Of a DNA stretch of 64,000 nt, positions 1-13,800 are shown one piece after another; positions within the stretch are counted from its first letter, which is position 1; each line of letters starts with the position of its first letter. Origin of the DNA: Tubiluchus corallicola (taxonomy: Eukaryota > Animalia > Priapulida); assembly GCA_030141605.1 (NCBI GenBank), contig JAQGDQ010000118.1, forward strand, positions 186,001 to 250,000, in the 5' to 3' direction. The translations under genes were made by a program, and so were the position numbers. The notes beneath the pieces are model-generated. The model worked only from the letters and a program-made list of their open reading frames with translations. It did no database searches and was not told where the DNA came from.

Positions 1-3000
1 AAAGTCCTTCAATTACCAACTGAAGTTCATATAGATCATAGTATTCTCTCACTATTAACACTACAGATTTCCAACAAGGTGTAGCACTTCCTCACCACTT
101 ATGGGCTGCAAGAGATTTTTCCAATGCCAGATGCAAGATTTCTAAAGTTCTTGAAGTCCCGAAGAAGGTAACGAAAATAGCAAAGCCTACAAATGAAGTA
201 CCTTTTTCCAGACTTTTTTACCCCCAGTACAAGTATATATTGTTGCTTACACACTATTTCATAATGAACCACCTCTAATTAAATTAAATATGCGTGCAAC
301 AAACTAACCATGTTAAATGGTGGCGTTGCGCGCTGCAAGCGGAAGAAAGCGCCTCTGGAGACTAGTCATCGTTGATAGTTATGATAATGAACAAGCTAAA
401 TGAATAATTTAATACAAGCCCAGGTCCCTTGGCGATAATGAGCATTGTGTAATCGCCACAGTCAACAATCATGATTAAACATTTAGCTGTCTTGTATTAG
501 TAATGACCGCTGGGGCACGCAATTTCTCACAAATGCTACCGTTGTTCGATAAAATGACGTGCCTCACTAGGGAAATTTTACAACTAAGGACTAGCTAATG
601 AAAACGCTACAAAGTCACAGTGACTCAATGAAGCAGAAAAGTACCAAAGTTTAGATCTGCTCTGTATGTGCACTAAAAAAATGCCGTTGTACACTGGTTA
701 GGGTAACAATTTATTTTTGTTGTGTGTGTATTTATTAATGTGCGTTTCAGTCGGTCTAAAGTCTAAACTAAGGATGCAATTGATCCGGAGATAAGTTTGA
801 GATCCAGTAAAAGTTACCGTCCGCATACGATCCGTGTCCCACAACAACAGTTTGGTATTTATTGGATTTTTGACTATGGGATAAGGTCAAAGGACAGGGT
901 CACACTAGCTTGGCAGTCCGGTTCTGACAAAGAAAATCCGGATCAAGTCCAAGTCCTGTATTTTTACCACCACTAAGCGGAAAGTTTGACATTTTCATGA
1001 TTTTCCATTAAGTGAATGTTACCGTATTTACACTGTGGTATCATATCGTACTATGCATTAGTTGAAGTTGAAAGCCTCACTTGAATGATGAAAAGGCTAC
1101 TTGTTATTAAGGCCCTTAATTCATTTTTTATTTTTGACGGAATATTTTGGCCTCAAGTCAACGCTTGAGGGTGAGGTCGAATAAGATGATGTAATAAAAA
1201 TTTCAATTTCTGCTTTTTGCCACATTGGGTGCAGTATCTCAGTTTTGAAAAGACTTGCCCTCTAAAAACAGAATTCTGAACACAGCAAATTGCAATGACA
1301 TGGAGATGACATGACATGATCGATGCAACTGGATGAGTGATGACATCTACCACGACGAGTGTGGCAGAGAGGTAAGAGAAAGGCAATCTTGCTAATTGAT
1401 TTTGAAACTTGCCGCTCGTCATTGACGGACAAGGAACTCATATGGCGGTTTTACTTTTACAACACACTGCTTCAGTTTCACATAAACTAAGCCCACTCAA
1501 TGGCCTGTAACTTAATAGTGAAAGAGCAAGCTAAGTTTAAGAACATTAAACTAGGCTGCAGAGTGCAACCCAGTAAAATATTTACCCAATCAGTGGCCAA
1601 GCTGGCTGAAGTGTTTGCAATAACTCAGGACAAAACTCTCTCACAATGTTTGCACACTAATTGAGTGTACTTAAGCTAAATGCACCATCGTGTGTGCTCT
1701 CATGGCCAATGGAGAACCGTTTTAAACAAGTTTAACAGCGCAGCACATACCATGTTTAATGCCAGGGCCTTAGACCTAAAATGTGCAAGTACATATCAAA
1801 TCAATAAATAACACCGTTGACATTGTGGGGTAAAGCCAAATTTCAGATTGTAATGAAAAACCTTCTAAGGTTTTGACAGGAAAACTTACGAAGTGTAATA
1901 CATGAAAAGCTCACAAGATTGACAGACGCACTATTTCTCTGGCCGTGCCAGGAGCCGGACAAAGCTAAACCATAAACTAAAAGAAAAGCAACGACATCTA
2001 CAGCAACAAAGGGGTAAAAAACCAATTTACAGAAGTATTCTGATTATATTACAGAAGAGAAAAATATAGAAACTGCAATGAAACTTTTCGTTATTGGGAC
2101 GCATACTCTATGAACGCAATAAAAATCGAATGCCAAAAAGCACCTATGGAGAAACTGGACGACAAATATCGACCACTGCATGTGCCCTACTGGATATAAG
2201 GCACTGTAATAATAACACAATAGCAGAAATGTGCACAGTGGGTATTAATAATCAAGGTCCAAACGAGTCGTTTACTACACCACAGTTATTAGGGAGGCAG
2301 TTTCGGCAAAGTGGAGCAGGCACAGGAGGCGCCGTCAGGAATAACTAGGGACGAATTTTAGCAAAATACTAATTGGCATGCAGGAAGTAGTGGCTGATTT
2401 AATTACAGCAGAGAACTTCGTCATAATAACGTAGCAGTGGGAATAAAAACAGTCGTTCAAGCAAATAATTTTTATTACAGAAACAGGAATGCAGTAAAGT
2501 AAAGTTGTTCATGCAGTACCTACATAAGATGGTCCGCAAACTACTTCAAGGCCAACAGTGCATGTACTGCTGCCGATACACAAAGAACCGAAATTACATG
2601 AATAATATTGCAAGCGAACCTCAAAGAAGAGTTCAACATATTAACACGCCTTTCATCGCCACCTCGGATAGAATATCATCGAAAGCGAACCCATTGAAAA
2701 AAAGTGCAACTCAATAGCAGCCCTGCAGAAAATTACCAGACCAAAGGAAAAACGTGCCGACGCAGCCCAACAGCGTATTTACGCCGACCCAGCAAGCACT
2801 GTGGCGTGTTTGTTTTGCCTGCTGAAAAACGGCACCTCATTGTTGGACATTTTTTCATGGGGTTATAATTATTTCGAAACCAAGCCTGGGCTTAACGGGT
2901 GTCTTAATGCGGGGAAACTACTCGCATCTGGATGTGTGTTTAGTGTACTCGGTATCACATAACGGATTCCACGCTCAAGTGCTCCAAAATGCAATCCACA

Positions 3001-3901
3001 AAAGCTGGCGACATGTGCAGTGAATTTGTGCTCATTAATGAAAGATGTGCAAGGGCGTACAGTCGTTTGTGTACACATACTTGCTTACATGTAGCAGCTC
3101 CCTGTAATTCCGCCGCTAAATAAAAACTCAAATTAGCTGCCGTTGAACATGCAGACAAATTTCACTCACAAACAGCCATGATTAATTAATTAAACTGTCG
3201 ATAATTTGCTATTAAAATTTGATGAAGGCGCGCGTTGGAAAGCTGAAAGTTGGCATTAACTATTAATCATTGAATAACACGAGGGACGGATCAGAGTTTT
3301 TGTGCATCTACTAATACGTTGCGTGCATGCTAACTAGCATAGCTGGACGAAAGTCATTAGCAATGAATGAGACATGCAACTGATCAAATGTGTAAACCGT
3401 GTATACAGCTTGTAATGTACAAGCTATAATTGCCATAAATTTTAACAACACAATTTTCAGGAAACACTAAAGCTATGTTATCCCAAGACGTCCTTATTTT
3501 TATACATGTTTGTTTCACCCGGATGTGTGAATTATTATATTTATTGTAATGCACTACATTAAACTAAATAAATCATATTTTGTGACTTATGAAAAACATA
3601 GTATCGTCTTTCAAAATTTTAATGGATTATTGTGAATAATTGGAAATCGGTTTTTTTCGTAATCTTGTTCTTAGACAAACCAACAAACACAAGGCAAAGA
3701 AAACATAACTTCGGCAGAAGTAAAATGTACTTAAACAAGAGAACAATAAGTGATAAAATTATCATACCCGTAAAAAGTTAAAAAAGATGAGTTATGAAAA
3801 CGCTTCACTTTTACGTAGGTTTTTTTACACTCGTGCATGAGCGCCGGTCAGTGTTGTACATTTAAGAATGTAAAGTTTTTATTTTTATATATGTACCTCT
3901 G

Positions 3902-4336
3902 GGTGCACGGGATTAGTAAAAATGGCACGGGAAAAAATCTGGCCCTGGTGCTGATAATAAAAGATGTATTAACACTCCCTCTGAGACCTCCACGAAGTGA
4001 TTCACCATTTGGTAGTCGATACCCAACTTCTCCACAAAGTTTCGTGGAAATCTGTTGGTAGTTTTTGCGAAATAGGCTTACTGCTATAACAGACTAAACA
4101 ACCAAACAAACAAACAAAGTCCGTTGAAGCATAACTTTCGTGGCAGAAGTAAAAATAACTAAAATAATTACCCCTAGAGTAACCCAAACTCTAAACTCGT
4201 GGTTTACTAAGTGTGTCATTTTTTCCTGTGCCATTTTACCGACTTTTCCATTTGTGTCATTTTTCCTGTGCAGTTTTTACCTCTGCCATTTATACCTACT
4301 TTTCCATTTGTGCCATTTTACCTAGATTCATGTACC
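3902..4336. mobile_element. MITE/foldback with subterminal GTAAAATGGCAC-type repeats, interrupted by a HINE-like insert
   Basis: Left end gtaaaaatggcacgggaaaaaa. Right end has several tgtgccatttt(t)acc-like units in inverted orientation (4213-4322). Confidence 0.5.
3990..4152 (+). mobile_element. HINE/DINE-1-like non-autonomous element, 3' part (second copy at about 3500-3724)
   Basis: aaagtttcgtggaaatc, a (CAAA)n microsatellite and terminal cataactttcgtggcagaagtaa. The same terminus (cataacttcggcagaagtaa, hairpin ACTTC/GAAGT) occurs at 3704-3723. Confidence 0.55.
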
Positions 4337-4724
4337 TGTACTGTAAAATGTACTTGATCTCGGAAGTCGGAACGTGCAGCTTTGTATTCTCAGTAAAATG
4401 TTACTCACGTGCTTATTCCCAGCGTGCAATTTCATTATAGACAAGCAAAAAGCCACAAAGCTTGCCTAATCTTGTCACGAGTCGTCCCAGCGGAACGCAC
4501 AACTAATTCATACTTGACAAGATTTTAATCCACTTATGGGCTTGTCTCTGCGTTACAGCTTGCTGTTAATAATGACGTCCACGGGGAATAGGAAAGACGG
4601 ACAAGTGCATACAAGTCCACCCAATTTTTCCATCCAACTTGCTTAAATCATTCGTGGGCTAGTGCGCACAAAATTCCATATAAAGGTGCAATTCTAAGGC
4701 AAACGATTATGACATATTGTGTAA

Positions 4725-4832
4725 AGTAGTGGTGTTGGTGTTGGTATTAGTAGTGGTAGTGCTACTGGTGGTAGCAGTGGTAGTGGTAGTAGTAATAGTA
4801 GTAGTAGCGGCAGCAGCAACAGCAATAGTACT
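4725..4832 (+). repeat. Degenerate (GTA/GTG/GCA)n trinucleotide tract
   Basis: gtagtggtgttggtg...gtagtagcggcagcagcaacagc. Confidence 0.85.
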
Positions 4833-6199
4833 ACTGTAGTATGTTTACTGATCAATACTAAAGGGGTATCATTACAAATTCATACTTCGTTTGAAATATA
4901 AATTAGTCCAACAAATTGCAAAAGTGTATATTACTACACTTTCCTTTACTGGTGTGACCAGTATTTAAAACACCTTCATACACTCAAATGCATAGGCCTA
5001 TTTCAAAAATCAAGATAGTATCAGTGCAATTAAACAAGTTGTCCAAGTTGTCAAAATTAAGACCGATATTCCTATTATTATTATAGTTCATTCTAAAGAC
5101 GCTCACTAATTTTGCCTTCGCAATGAATATGTTGCTCTGTTTGTACACTTTCTCAACATTGGCATCGCCTATCTTGTCAAACTAAAGGCCCCATCTTCTT
5201 ATCTCTACACGAAGAGATAGGAGATTACGGAATTATTGGAGATTATAAACGCACCTTTGCCCAAAAATTCTCTGGTTTCCTACTATATAGACACTTTAGA
5301 AAAATGCCATGATAATTCAAATCTGGATTTTATCTGTCTGAACGCATCTAACTTTGTACTAGCTGATCTCCTCAATACAAGCGATAGTGACTAGCGAGGA
5401 CCCTTAAAAAGTTACCACAATCGCCTTGCTGTAATAATGCGTACAAGTAAACGTAAAGCGGGCACCATACTAGTTTCCCTATCCCCGTTTTAAAGTTTCC
5501 ATATTCAACAAAATAAAATCAATAATTGTTCATGCGATATGCACTTTACGATCTGCTAAATAACAATTTTCTTTATCAAGCGAAATAGAAAGTTCTTGAA
5601 ATTTCACGAAGTTCTCGAAATTTGGCATTATGCCAAAAATTGCAAAGGTTGTATATGCTTCTATTCAATAAGTAGCATTTTATTTTTACATGCCTAAAAC
5701 CATTTGTAATTCATGCTTCTCTATTGCGCTATCGGATATACTGCGGTATATTGCACTGCTTTTTCAGATGAATCGGACTTTTAATTTTGAGCACAAATTG
5801 CTTTTAATCATAATATTTGCCATCTCATTGCTTGAGCAGCAGTGCACATGCACTCCGAGCTATTGGATGGAAATTGCAACTAAATAGAGAAAACTCGAGT
5901 TTGTATTGAGAGAAAACACGTTGTGCTTTGCAACGGCGGGCAAAGGGAGGATAATTCCTCTACGTGATGTTATGTGAAGCTGGGCGCCATGAAACCAGCT
6001 TCCATTACACGCAATAAGCCGATGTGTGCTGTGTTTATTTATTTTAACTACGCTCCGCCGAACCTCGTGTTGACACCATAAATATTGGTTTTACAATAGT
6101 GACGAATGCAATGAAAATTCCACCAACCGAAAAAAACCAACGAATTCGCGAAAATCGGATGACAGCGATTGAGGAATTGCAAATGGTTTGGCGGCATCA

Positions 6200-6257
6200 A
6201 TGAAAAAACGATCTAACACACGCAATATATATTGCGTGTGTTAGATCTTTTTTTCAT
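6200..6257. repeat. Near-perfect 58-bp palindrome (perfect 38-bp core 6210-6247) next to (TA)n
   Basis: GATCTAACACACGCAATAT|ATATTGCGTGTGTTAGATC, extended by ATGAAAAAAC/TTTTTTTCAT with 1 mismatch. Confidence 0.95.
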
Positions 6258-8179
6258 ATATATATATATATATATATATACATCAAATTTTACTTGACAA
6301 TTTAAAAATAGATGAAAACAATACATATTGCAAATGAATGGTAAAACACTAAAAATGGCGAAAAAGAAAGCACAACAGTTATTATATCCGCAAATAAAAA
6401 CAACTGTAGATCTGCCAATGAATCGCGCGAACCATCTAGGGAATCTCGCAGAGCTGCCAAAATATTATTAGTTTTGATAAGAATCTGAAACTGCACAACA
6501 GGCGGCTTATCGGCATCACAAGCGGTTTTTTTTGCGCTTTTTCGGCTCCAAGAATCATGATAAAACATACTAAACGAACAGTCAAAAAACCAAAATAATC
6601 TAATCCCAGAAAATTCGCCCACTTTTTGCCCGCCAAGTAAAACAAGCTGTGAAAATGTGGAGTTTGCTTAGAACTTAACAAGTGATTGGCGCTAAGTAGT
6701 TAACTAATGCCACATGGCAGTGACTGGTTTCCATTTCTCTCTACACGTTCGTAACACATATTTTCCTTGCTGGTTAAGAATCTGTTACATTATTTGTAGT
6801 TCAGTGTGCACAGTGAAACAACGTTTTGCAGAACCCAGAGCCGTTAATTAAGTCTTCCTTATGCAAACCTATGAAAAATAATGTACTTAGGGTGCTCATT
6901 TAAAGAAGTGAAGCAGTATAATGCAAAAAAATAACTGAAACGCAGATTCATATGCATCGTCAAATAATATAATAGGAGATTATAAATTAGAGTGACATCT
7001 AGAACACTGGTTTACATGGATGAAAAATTCAGTAGTCGGCAAATCTCCATCTACACAATATCTTTATTAGGTCGAAATAATTGTGCTTATGTAACGGGCC
7101 ACGAAGATACCTTCGCAGTTTGCGAAGATGATAATATGAAAATAATCTCCGCCTCTCTCTCTAATCTGTGCGAGATTTTTACTCATCAACTTGCTACCGA
7201 GTAACATCAAGTCACTGTTGACTAATTCGCTTTAATTATGAACACACACAGCACAAACTAATAGCATTTTGTTAAGATTTACTTCCTCCCGCGAGGCTAA
7301 CTCGCATTCTCCTCGACTCGTCACAAATTGCGAAAAGTTTATGGTCTCGTTGAAAAACGTGTTTGCTAATAAAAGCTAGGAGAAAATATCACTTTCGCTC
7401 GCACAAAGCTTAAAAATGTTTACGAGCACATAAAAACTTGCCAGTAAAGCTTTGAATGGTTTAAAAACACTAGCTAGACGCCAGCTGGATACTAATAGAA
7501 CTTTCGATACACATCGAGACAGGAAATAGATTAACAAACCAAGAGAGGGAATCTTCCTCGGTGAACATCAATATGGTTTATTTTACTAGTTTTAGGGCCG
7601 GTAGTGTTTTCATAGCTCCTTTTGTTGGGTCGACTACACAAACAAATAATTGATTCTGTAGTTATTTAATTTTTGCTAAAAATAAGAGAAATTTTGTACT
7701 GAGAACAAGAGAGCATTAAGCGAAACAACGCAGTGGATAACTCTAACCAAAGCACATAGTACGATCGTAGACGTTCATTTTTGTTCCAACAATGTCACAA
7801 ATATTTCATTTTACAAAACACTTTACTCTATTCAAGGAGATGGGATGAGGAAAAACAGAAAAGACAAATTGCAACAAAGTTAAAGTCAAAAAAGTATTCT
7901 CCGTGTAAAGGTGTGCCATTATCGAAAATAACTTCCATACATAATTTGAGAACTAATCACCGATGCACGCCAAAAACTAGAACCATATTTTCCAAGGTGA
8001 GCAAATGAAGCAAAGCAATACTGAATCAACCTACCAAAAGATATAATTTAGATCCAAGCATTTCCTATAGCGTCACATGTCCAATAAACACTGCCGAGTA
8101 AGTTGATAAAATAACGTACTTGCGCGCTTAATTGCCACATAACTCTCTTGAAATAAGTCTGCCACCAGAAGTATAATCC

Positions 8180-8480
8180 ATTTACGAGCGAACATCCATT
8201 TTGTTAAGAGCGAACATTTTGCGTTTTATGCCGCCATATAAACGCCGCCAAGTGAATAGCAGCCATTTTCGTTTTGCTCTGTCATCGAGCGGTTTACGAG
8301 CTCGTATGATCCTTGTGCTATTATCATCTTACTCTGGTGTGGCCGCTAATTCTCAACTTTATGGTAATCATTGCGTTTTACACCGCTGCGCCAGGGTTTA
8401 TTGGCAAATATGAACGAGAAATGAATTTTATTATTTTACTACAAGTCAGTAATGGGCAATTAAGGTTTTATTTTACGACT
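8180..8480. promoter_or_regulatory. Candidate enhancer: posterior Hox/Cdx-type motif cluster
   Basis: TTTACGA at 8181, 8293 and 8472, TTTATGG at 8358 and TTTATTGG at 8397. All are co-oriented and lie in a CpG-rich patch. Confidence 0.45.
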
Positions 8481-8530
8481 TTTAGCCGAGTTAATGCGAA
8501 GGGTGATTGTGTTACTGCCGGCAGGATGAG

Positions 8531-8680
8531 GGATTAGCACAAATTATAACGACTGCTTTTAGACTGTACAAAATAGGGTTTAAACAAACACTGCATGAAA
8601 GGGCGCATGGCTTGCTTAGGTATAATCCTTCGCAGGCCACGCAAGTTATAACAACACGCTAATCCAATAATCCCGGATTA
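8531..8680. promoter_or_regulatory. Candidate enhancer: K50 homeodomain (Otx/Pitx) GGATTA cluster
   Basis: GGATTA/TAATCC at 8531, 8623, 8660, 8668 and 8675. Confidence 0.45.
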
Positions 8681-9430
8681 ACATCAACGTCAGATCAAGA
8701 ACAGTGACTGATATGCTGTATTTGATTATGTTAATAAAAGAATACGAAAAGATGGTACAGTACCATATGGACACAAACAAGACATGCTGAAGATCACAGT
8801 CCCGTCATCTTGCAACATCGTCAACAATGATGCACTATATTTATGATACATATTTGTGAAGACAAGCTTTCAACAGGCGACTTTTGTCAGACAGGCAATA
8901 CGTAAAACCTTTCAACACGGTTACGTATTGGAGGAAACGAAGCAATGCCTACAGGTGGGCAACAAAAAGGATACAAAAGGTTAAGTAAAAATATCCCAAA
9001 CACTTAGCTTAAGTGTAATAACTAAGGCCGAGATACTCAAATCTAGCCTTTTCCTGAATTAGGACAAACGACAATGTAATGAAGTAAATGAGAATTATAT
9101 ACTGCAAAACAATCAGCCAAGCCTTAAATTGCAGTCTATATTTATGTTCCACGATATTCAACTGTCGACTTAAATGAGTCTTCGCTAAAATGTTGCCTGA
9201 TCTTACCGTCTTTGTGGCTTCACATATCCGGCAGTCGGTGAAACTAGCCCGCGATTAATCCCGAGATGGTGAAATAAAGACGCTTGAGAAGATTAGCTTC
9301 TCATCTGCTAATGGATCATTAAAGGCAAGGGATTAGCAAATAGGATTAGTGAACTGTGTCAACCTACTTGCTTTATCGAGGGAAGGCAGGCTGGGCAGAG
9401 TAAACGATCAAATGATTGAAATCAGTTTCA

Positions 9431-9513
9431 AATATATCGCTTCAAAAAGTGACAGAAAGGCTAAATAGAAAAATATATCGTTTGAAAAAGTGACAGCACG
9501 GCCGAAACAGAAA
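9431..9513 (+). repeat. Diverged tandem duplication of about 41 bp
   Basis: aatatatcgYttSaaaaagtgacag...ggc..aa.agaaa x2. Confidence 0.8.
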
Positions 9514-10719
9514 CGTAACAGTGCGGTAAAACGATTCACAAGAAACGCTACATACATGATTTTAAGTATTTTATAAAACAAAGTTTCCCATGCTAGCGCT
9601 TTTTGAAAAAGTTCAGATTTTTCGTTTTTACTTGCGCAAAATAGGATTGGTACTTTTCATTTATGTGAGGAATTTCATCACAATAAAGTTGTTTAGAAAA
9701 GGCACATCAGCCTTTGGAAGACCGTTTTCCCACATGCGTTTACACGTAAGCATTTTTTGTTTACGTCCGTGCAGATTTTGCTGTAGGAAGTGGAAAATGG
9801 CGGCTGCCATTTACTGCGTTTAGGTAAATCATGATCAATCACTAATAAACAGGTGTTCCGTGTCCATTTTTTCACAATGTAAGCAAAGAAGTTTTACTCG
9901 CAAGTAAATCTAGTCATATATATATATATTATATGTCCGATATATATTTAAGTGACGTTCAAAGAATACGAAAATTACCGAATTAAAACGCTCAGGCAAT
10001 TACAAAATTACAGTGATCCATATCCAGGTAATAAAACTGATAGCTGCTATACACTTACATAAAGTCATAAACTAAAACGTTATTACGACGTGTAGCACAC
10101 AGTAATAAAACAAGAGTGGTCATAATATACGTATCCGCCATTCTACATTGTGCCAAAAAGGCAATAATTCCGTAAACATTCTCTGTGTAGATCAAACATA
10201 TATTGTAAAAAGGTATCGCAAAGTAAAATATCTTTATGGTTTCATAAGTATTCACAACTATGATGCTGTAAAACTAAACGTGCGGAGAAACAACTTTTAA
10301 GAAAAAAAACTTTTATTGCAGACAAAATATAAATTTTAGAAACGAAAACTAATTCACACTGCCCTTTTTGACCTTAAAACAGACGGCGTACATTTGGATT
10401 GCACAAAAGACATAACTTATTAATTATCACGCTCCACATCAGCTGGAAAAAAGCAAAACATCAGCTGCAGTAAACAAGAGAAAATACGAACCGGCAACAC
10501 ATTTCCTTAAACTGAAACCAGAATGGAAGCAAACACTAACGTCCCTACTTGCTCATTTCTTGTAAAATAATGGCTTCCATAGGAAAATCATGGAAAGCAT
10601 TACCGTTACGGAATCCGATTTTTTTCTTAAAGATTTATATGCATTGTTGGAGCAGCACCATTTATATAGTAGACTGAAAGAAAACACAGTAACGTCTAGG
10701 CACATCCATTCTTAGCGGG

Positions 10720-10865
10720 CATTTAGGCGATGATCCACAGTATCATCATGCAAAATTTCAGTCTCGTGCAATAGTGAGCTTTCAAAGATAAAGATGACAA
10801 CAATGACAACAACTACAACAACATGATCAAGAACTAGGAATTTCCCGCCTCGTGCCGGATCCAAC
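10720..10865 (+). mobile_element. HINE-like fragment
   Basis: catgcaaaatttcag, then an (ACA)n tract, then a GC-rich terminal segment. A similar layout occurs at about 55620-55780. Confidence 0.35.
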
Positions 10866-13800
10866 AAGAGGCACTGTATGCATGTATATGCTCTAGCCTT
10901 TAGGTTTTTCTAGTTCTTTCCAGAGGTAACCTGCATCTTGTCAGATTTTTAACTCAAGTCACCTGTATGCTACCCAACTGATTTCCACCTAAAGGCCATG
11001 ACCCACCATCCTTTATATGCTCTCGCGTGACCTATACGGCCCATTTTCAACTATGACTGAGAAACCATACAGAAAGCAATTTGATGTTATCAAACTGCAC
11101 CCATCCATGCTGCCATGACTACATAAAACCGAGGTCGAATGAAAAGGAGGAGGATAGCAATTAAGTGAGTCAAAGTACCAATAAATCCCAGCCGAAATGA
11201 TGTTCTTCAATTTCTTTTATACCTTGACGACAACTGCTCGGAATTTATGGGAATGGGAAAACGGTTCAGATTCCTCAACAGAAAAGCACGAACGATGATG
11301 ATGGACGACTCGGGTTGCCATGGCAATGGAAGCTGTAAACTAGGTAAATTCAAATAGACGTTTGCCTCACAGAAGTGGCGGTAACTAAACACAAAGCGAT
11401 TTTCCTGTTGCCGAAAAAAGTCCATAAATTTCTTAATTTGTAGAGGCCCACACTCACCAAAACTAGTTTCCCACGGTATAGTTGCGGTTCACTTCAGGTA
11501 AAATGCAACTTGAGATACTTCATCGGGCTGATTAAAATACCTATTACATACGTTTGAATTATGCACATATACAGAGCTTTGAAGTTGTATTATGCAACAT
11601 TTGTTAAATTTACATTTACTAAGTTTGCATAATCACATGTATCTTACTAATCTCAAACTTTATACACAGCTTATTGGACTCAACGGGGGCAGTGGGATGG
11701 GTCAATTCTGCATGTTGTTCAACTTTGATTGTGGACACAAAAACATGTAGCTCATCTTCCCGGAGGCGATTTACCATTCGAGCACATACTTAACATTTTA
11801 GAAGCATCATAAAATAAATCAGCATTGAATTTATCAGCGTCATAAAATGGTGAATTTAGTTCTGGAGGAGGTTGCCAGCGGGCGTTACAAAAAATGTTAT
11901 TGTGATCAATTCTAATAGAATAAGTTAGAGTTAAATATGCCACTCCGCAAAATAAAGGCCATGTCTCATTTACTATGACCAGTACATGGCCACGACACGG
12001 TTACGGTCTACGTAAATATGCTTGGATAAATACCGTCACAAGAATTGCCGGCCACGCGAAACTCATACAGTAAATACATGGCCGCGGTCTTTGAAACTTT
12101 GAACGGATGTGATACCAAGCAAAATATCTACGCTGTAACTAGCACTGGCAGATTAGGAAAATGGACGCTCTCTGCTCTTTAAACATTTATCATCAGAGAT
12201 TAGCAGAACAAGTAGCTTATTCAATAAATATCGCGTGTAATTGAGGCGTTAAAGTCTAATTTCAAGGCAACATGATCACAAACACTGCATGCAGTTTCAG
12301 AAAAACACACTCACTGCCTTCTTTTCACCGAGTACTGTAACAACAGCCCATTCAACTATCAATCACTTCTAGGTCTTTAGCAAATAAAAGCCGAGAAACG
12401 AAGTACTTTAAATCAAGTGACATCAAAGTCTTAGTTGTTATTAAACTTGTCAAAATTAACTGTTGCTTCCATTATGGCTTGTCTGTATTCAAGGCACACG
12501 GCTTGATTTGTACACATTTCACGCTCAGAAATCAACTACTTGAGTTAGAAACTAACAAAGTTGTACTGAGAAAACGAGCTAAAATACTACAAAGAGTGCT
12601 TAGTTGTGTCTGCACTACATATTAGCAACATAAAAATGAAATTTTACCAGGACTGCATTGTTTATAATTAACGTCAAAAGAAACCTATTCTCGTGGCAAA
12701 AGTACATTGCCGGCATTGGTTGTACTCTGAGTGATGACTGGGAACAAGTTTAATACACAAGAGAAAAACAGGCATTGGCGGCTGCACTCTATCGGGGACG
12801 ACAAGCCACTTGATTGAATATACGACAAGTACACTCTCCACGAACAATAGAGTTGGCTCGAAATCATCGCATCTGCACGTAGGAAAAGCTCTTGAAAACA
12901 CCCAACTCTCGTACGTTGTAGACAAGTGGTCATTCTTCAAGGACTTTCAATAATATCTGCACTCTCGTGGTTGCGCGGATATGGAAAATCCTCTCAGGAG
13001 AAAATCCTCATTACAAGTGCTGAGGCTGAAGGGAGGATCCATGATACATAGACGAAAATGAGGAAGTATACTGCAGGAATACAACAGGGCTAACTATGTC
13101 GTTTCTTACAAGGTAGGCCTAGGATAACCCATTAATCACTTTTAGGCCAATGTATGAATGTCAGTTTATAAAGCCCAATAGTTCATGGCAAAAAATAATA
13201 AAGCATTCATTTTTACAATGATCTGCGAGTGTTTCACTTAGTTCACTAACTATAGTTCTTAAAGCGTGAAGGTGGTATTGCTGGACATGTCCTTCTGGTA
13301 CATTTCTCCACTAAACAGCACTAAGCGTCTCTGCTTCAAAAGTGACATCAAGGCGAATCATGTTTCTTGTACCTTGGTATCATATTTCGCCTTCATCTGT
13401 AGATCTACTGACAATTTTTACAAATCTCTTTTTATACTAACAATTGAAAATATTTAACATATTTTACATAGTATGTTTTGTGAAATATAAGTGACGATTT
13501 TATGTTTACTATCATTTACATAATTTTAGTAATATCAAACTTTTTACAGCTACCATGATGTGGTCAAGCTGTTAAATCTTTTTCTGCACTTGCATTCAAA
13601 AACTATTTTTTCGTGTGGTTAATGCAATTCACTACCAAACTGCAGTATACTTTACTAATGTAAAAATTTTTAATAGAAAATAAAACTTAGTTTTAAACTT
13701 TATTTTTAAGCAAAATTCAGTCAAGCACAGAAAAATAGAAAATTCTATGTGCGAGTGACGCCGAGTGTGTAAACCTACATATTTATCTTACAATAATGTG

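Noticed and set aside
1333-1377. + strand MSDDIYHDECGRE followed by gtaaga
   Set aside because: There is no partner exon or promoter evidence, so it is compatible with chance.
12674-13120. GC-richer stretch with overlapping short ORFs
   Set aside because: The frames are interrupted, and no protein motif or coherent splice pair was recognisable.
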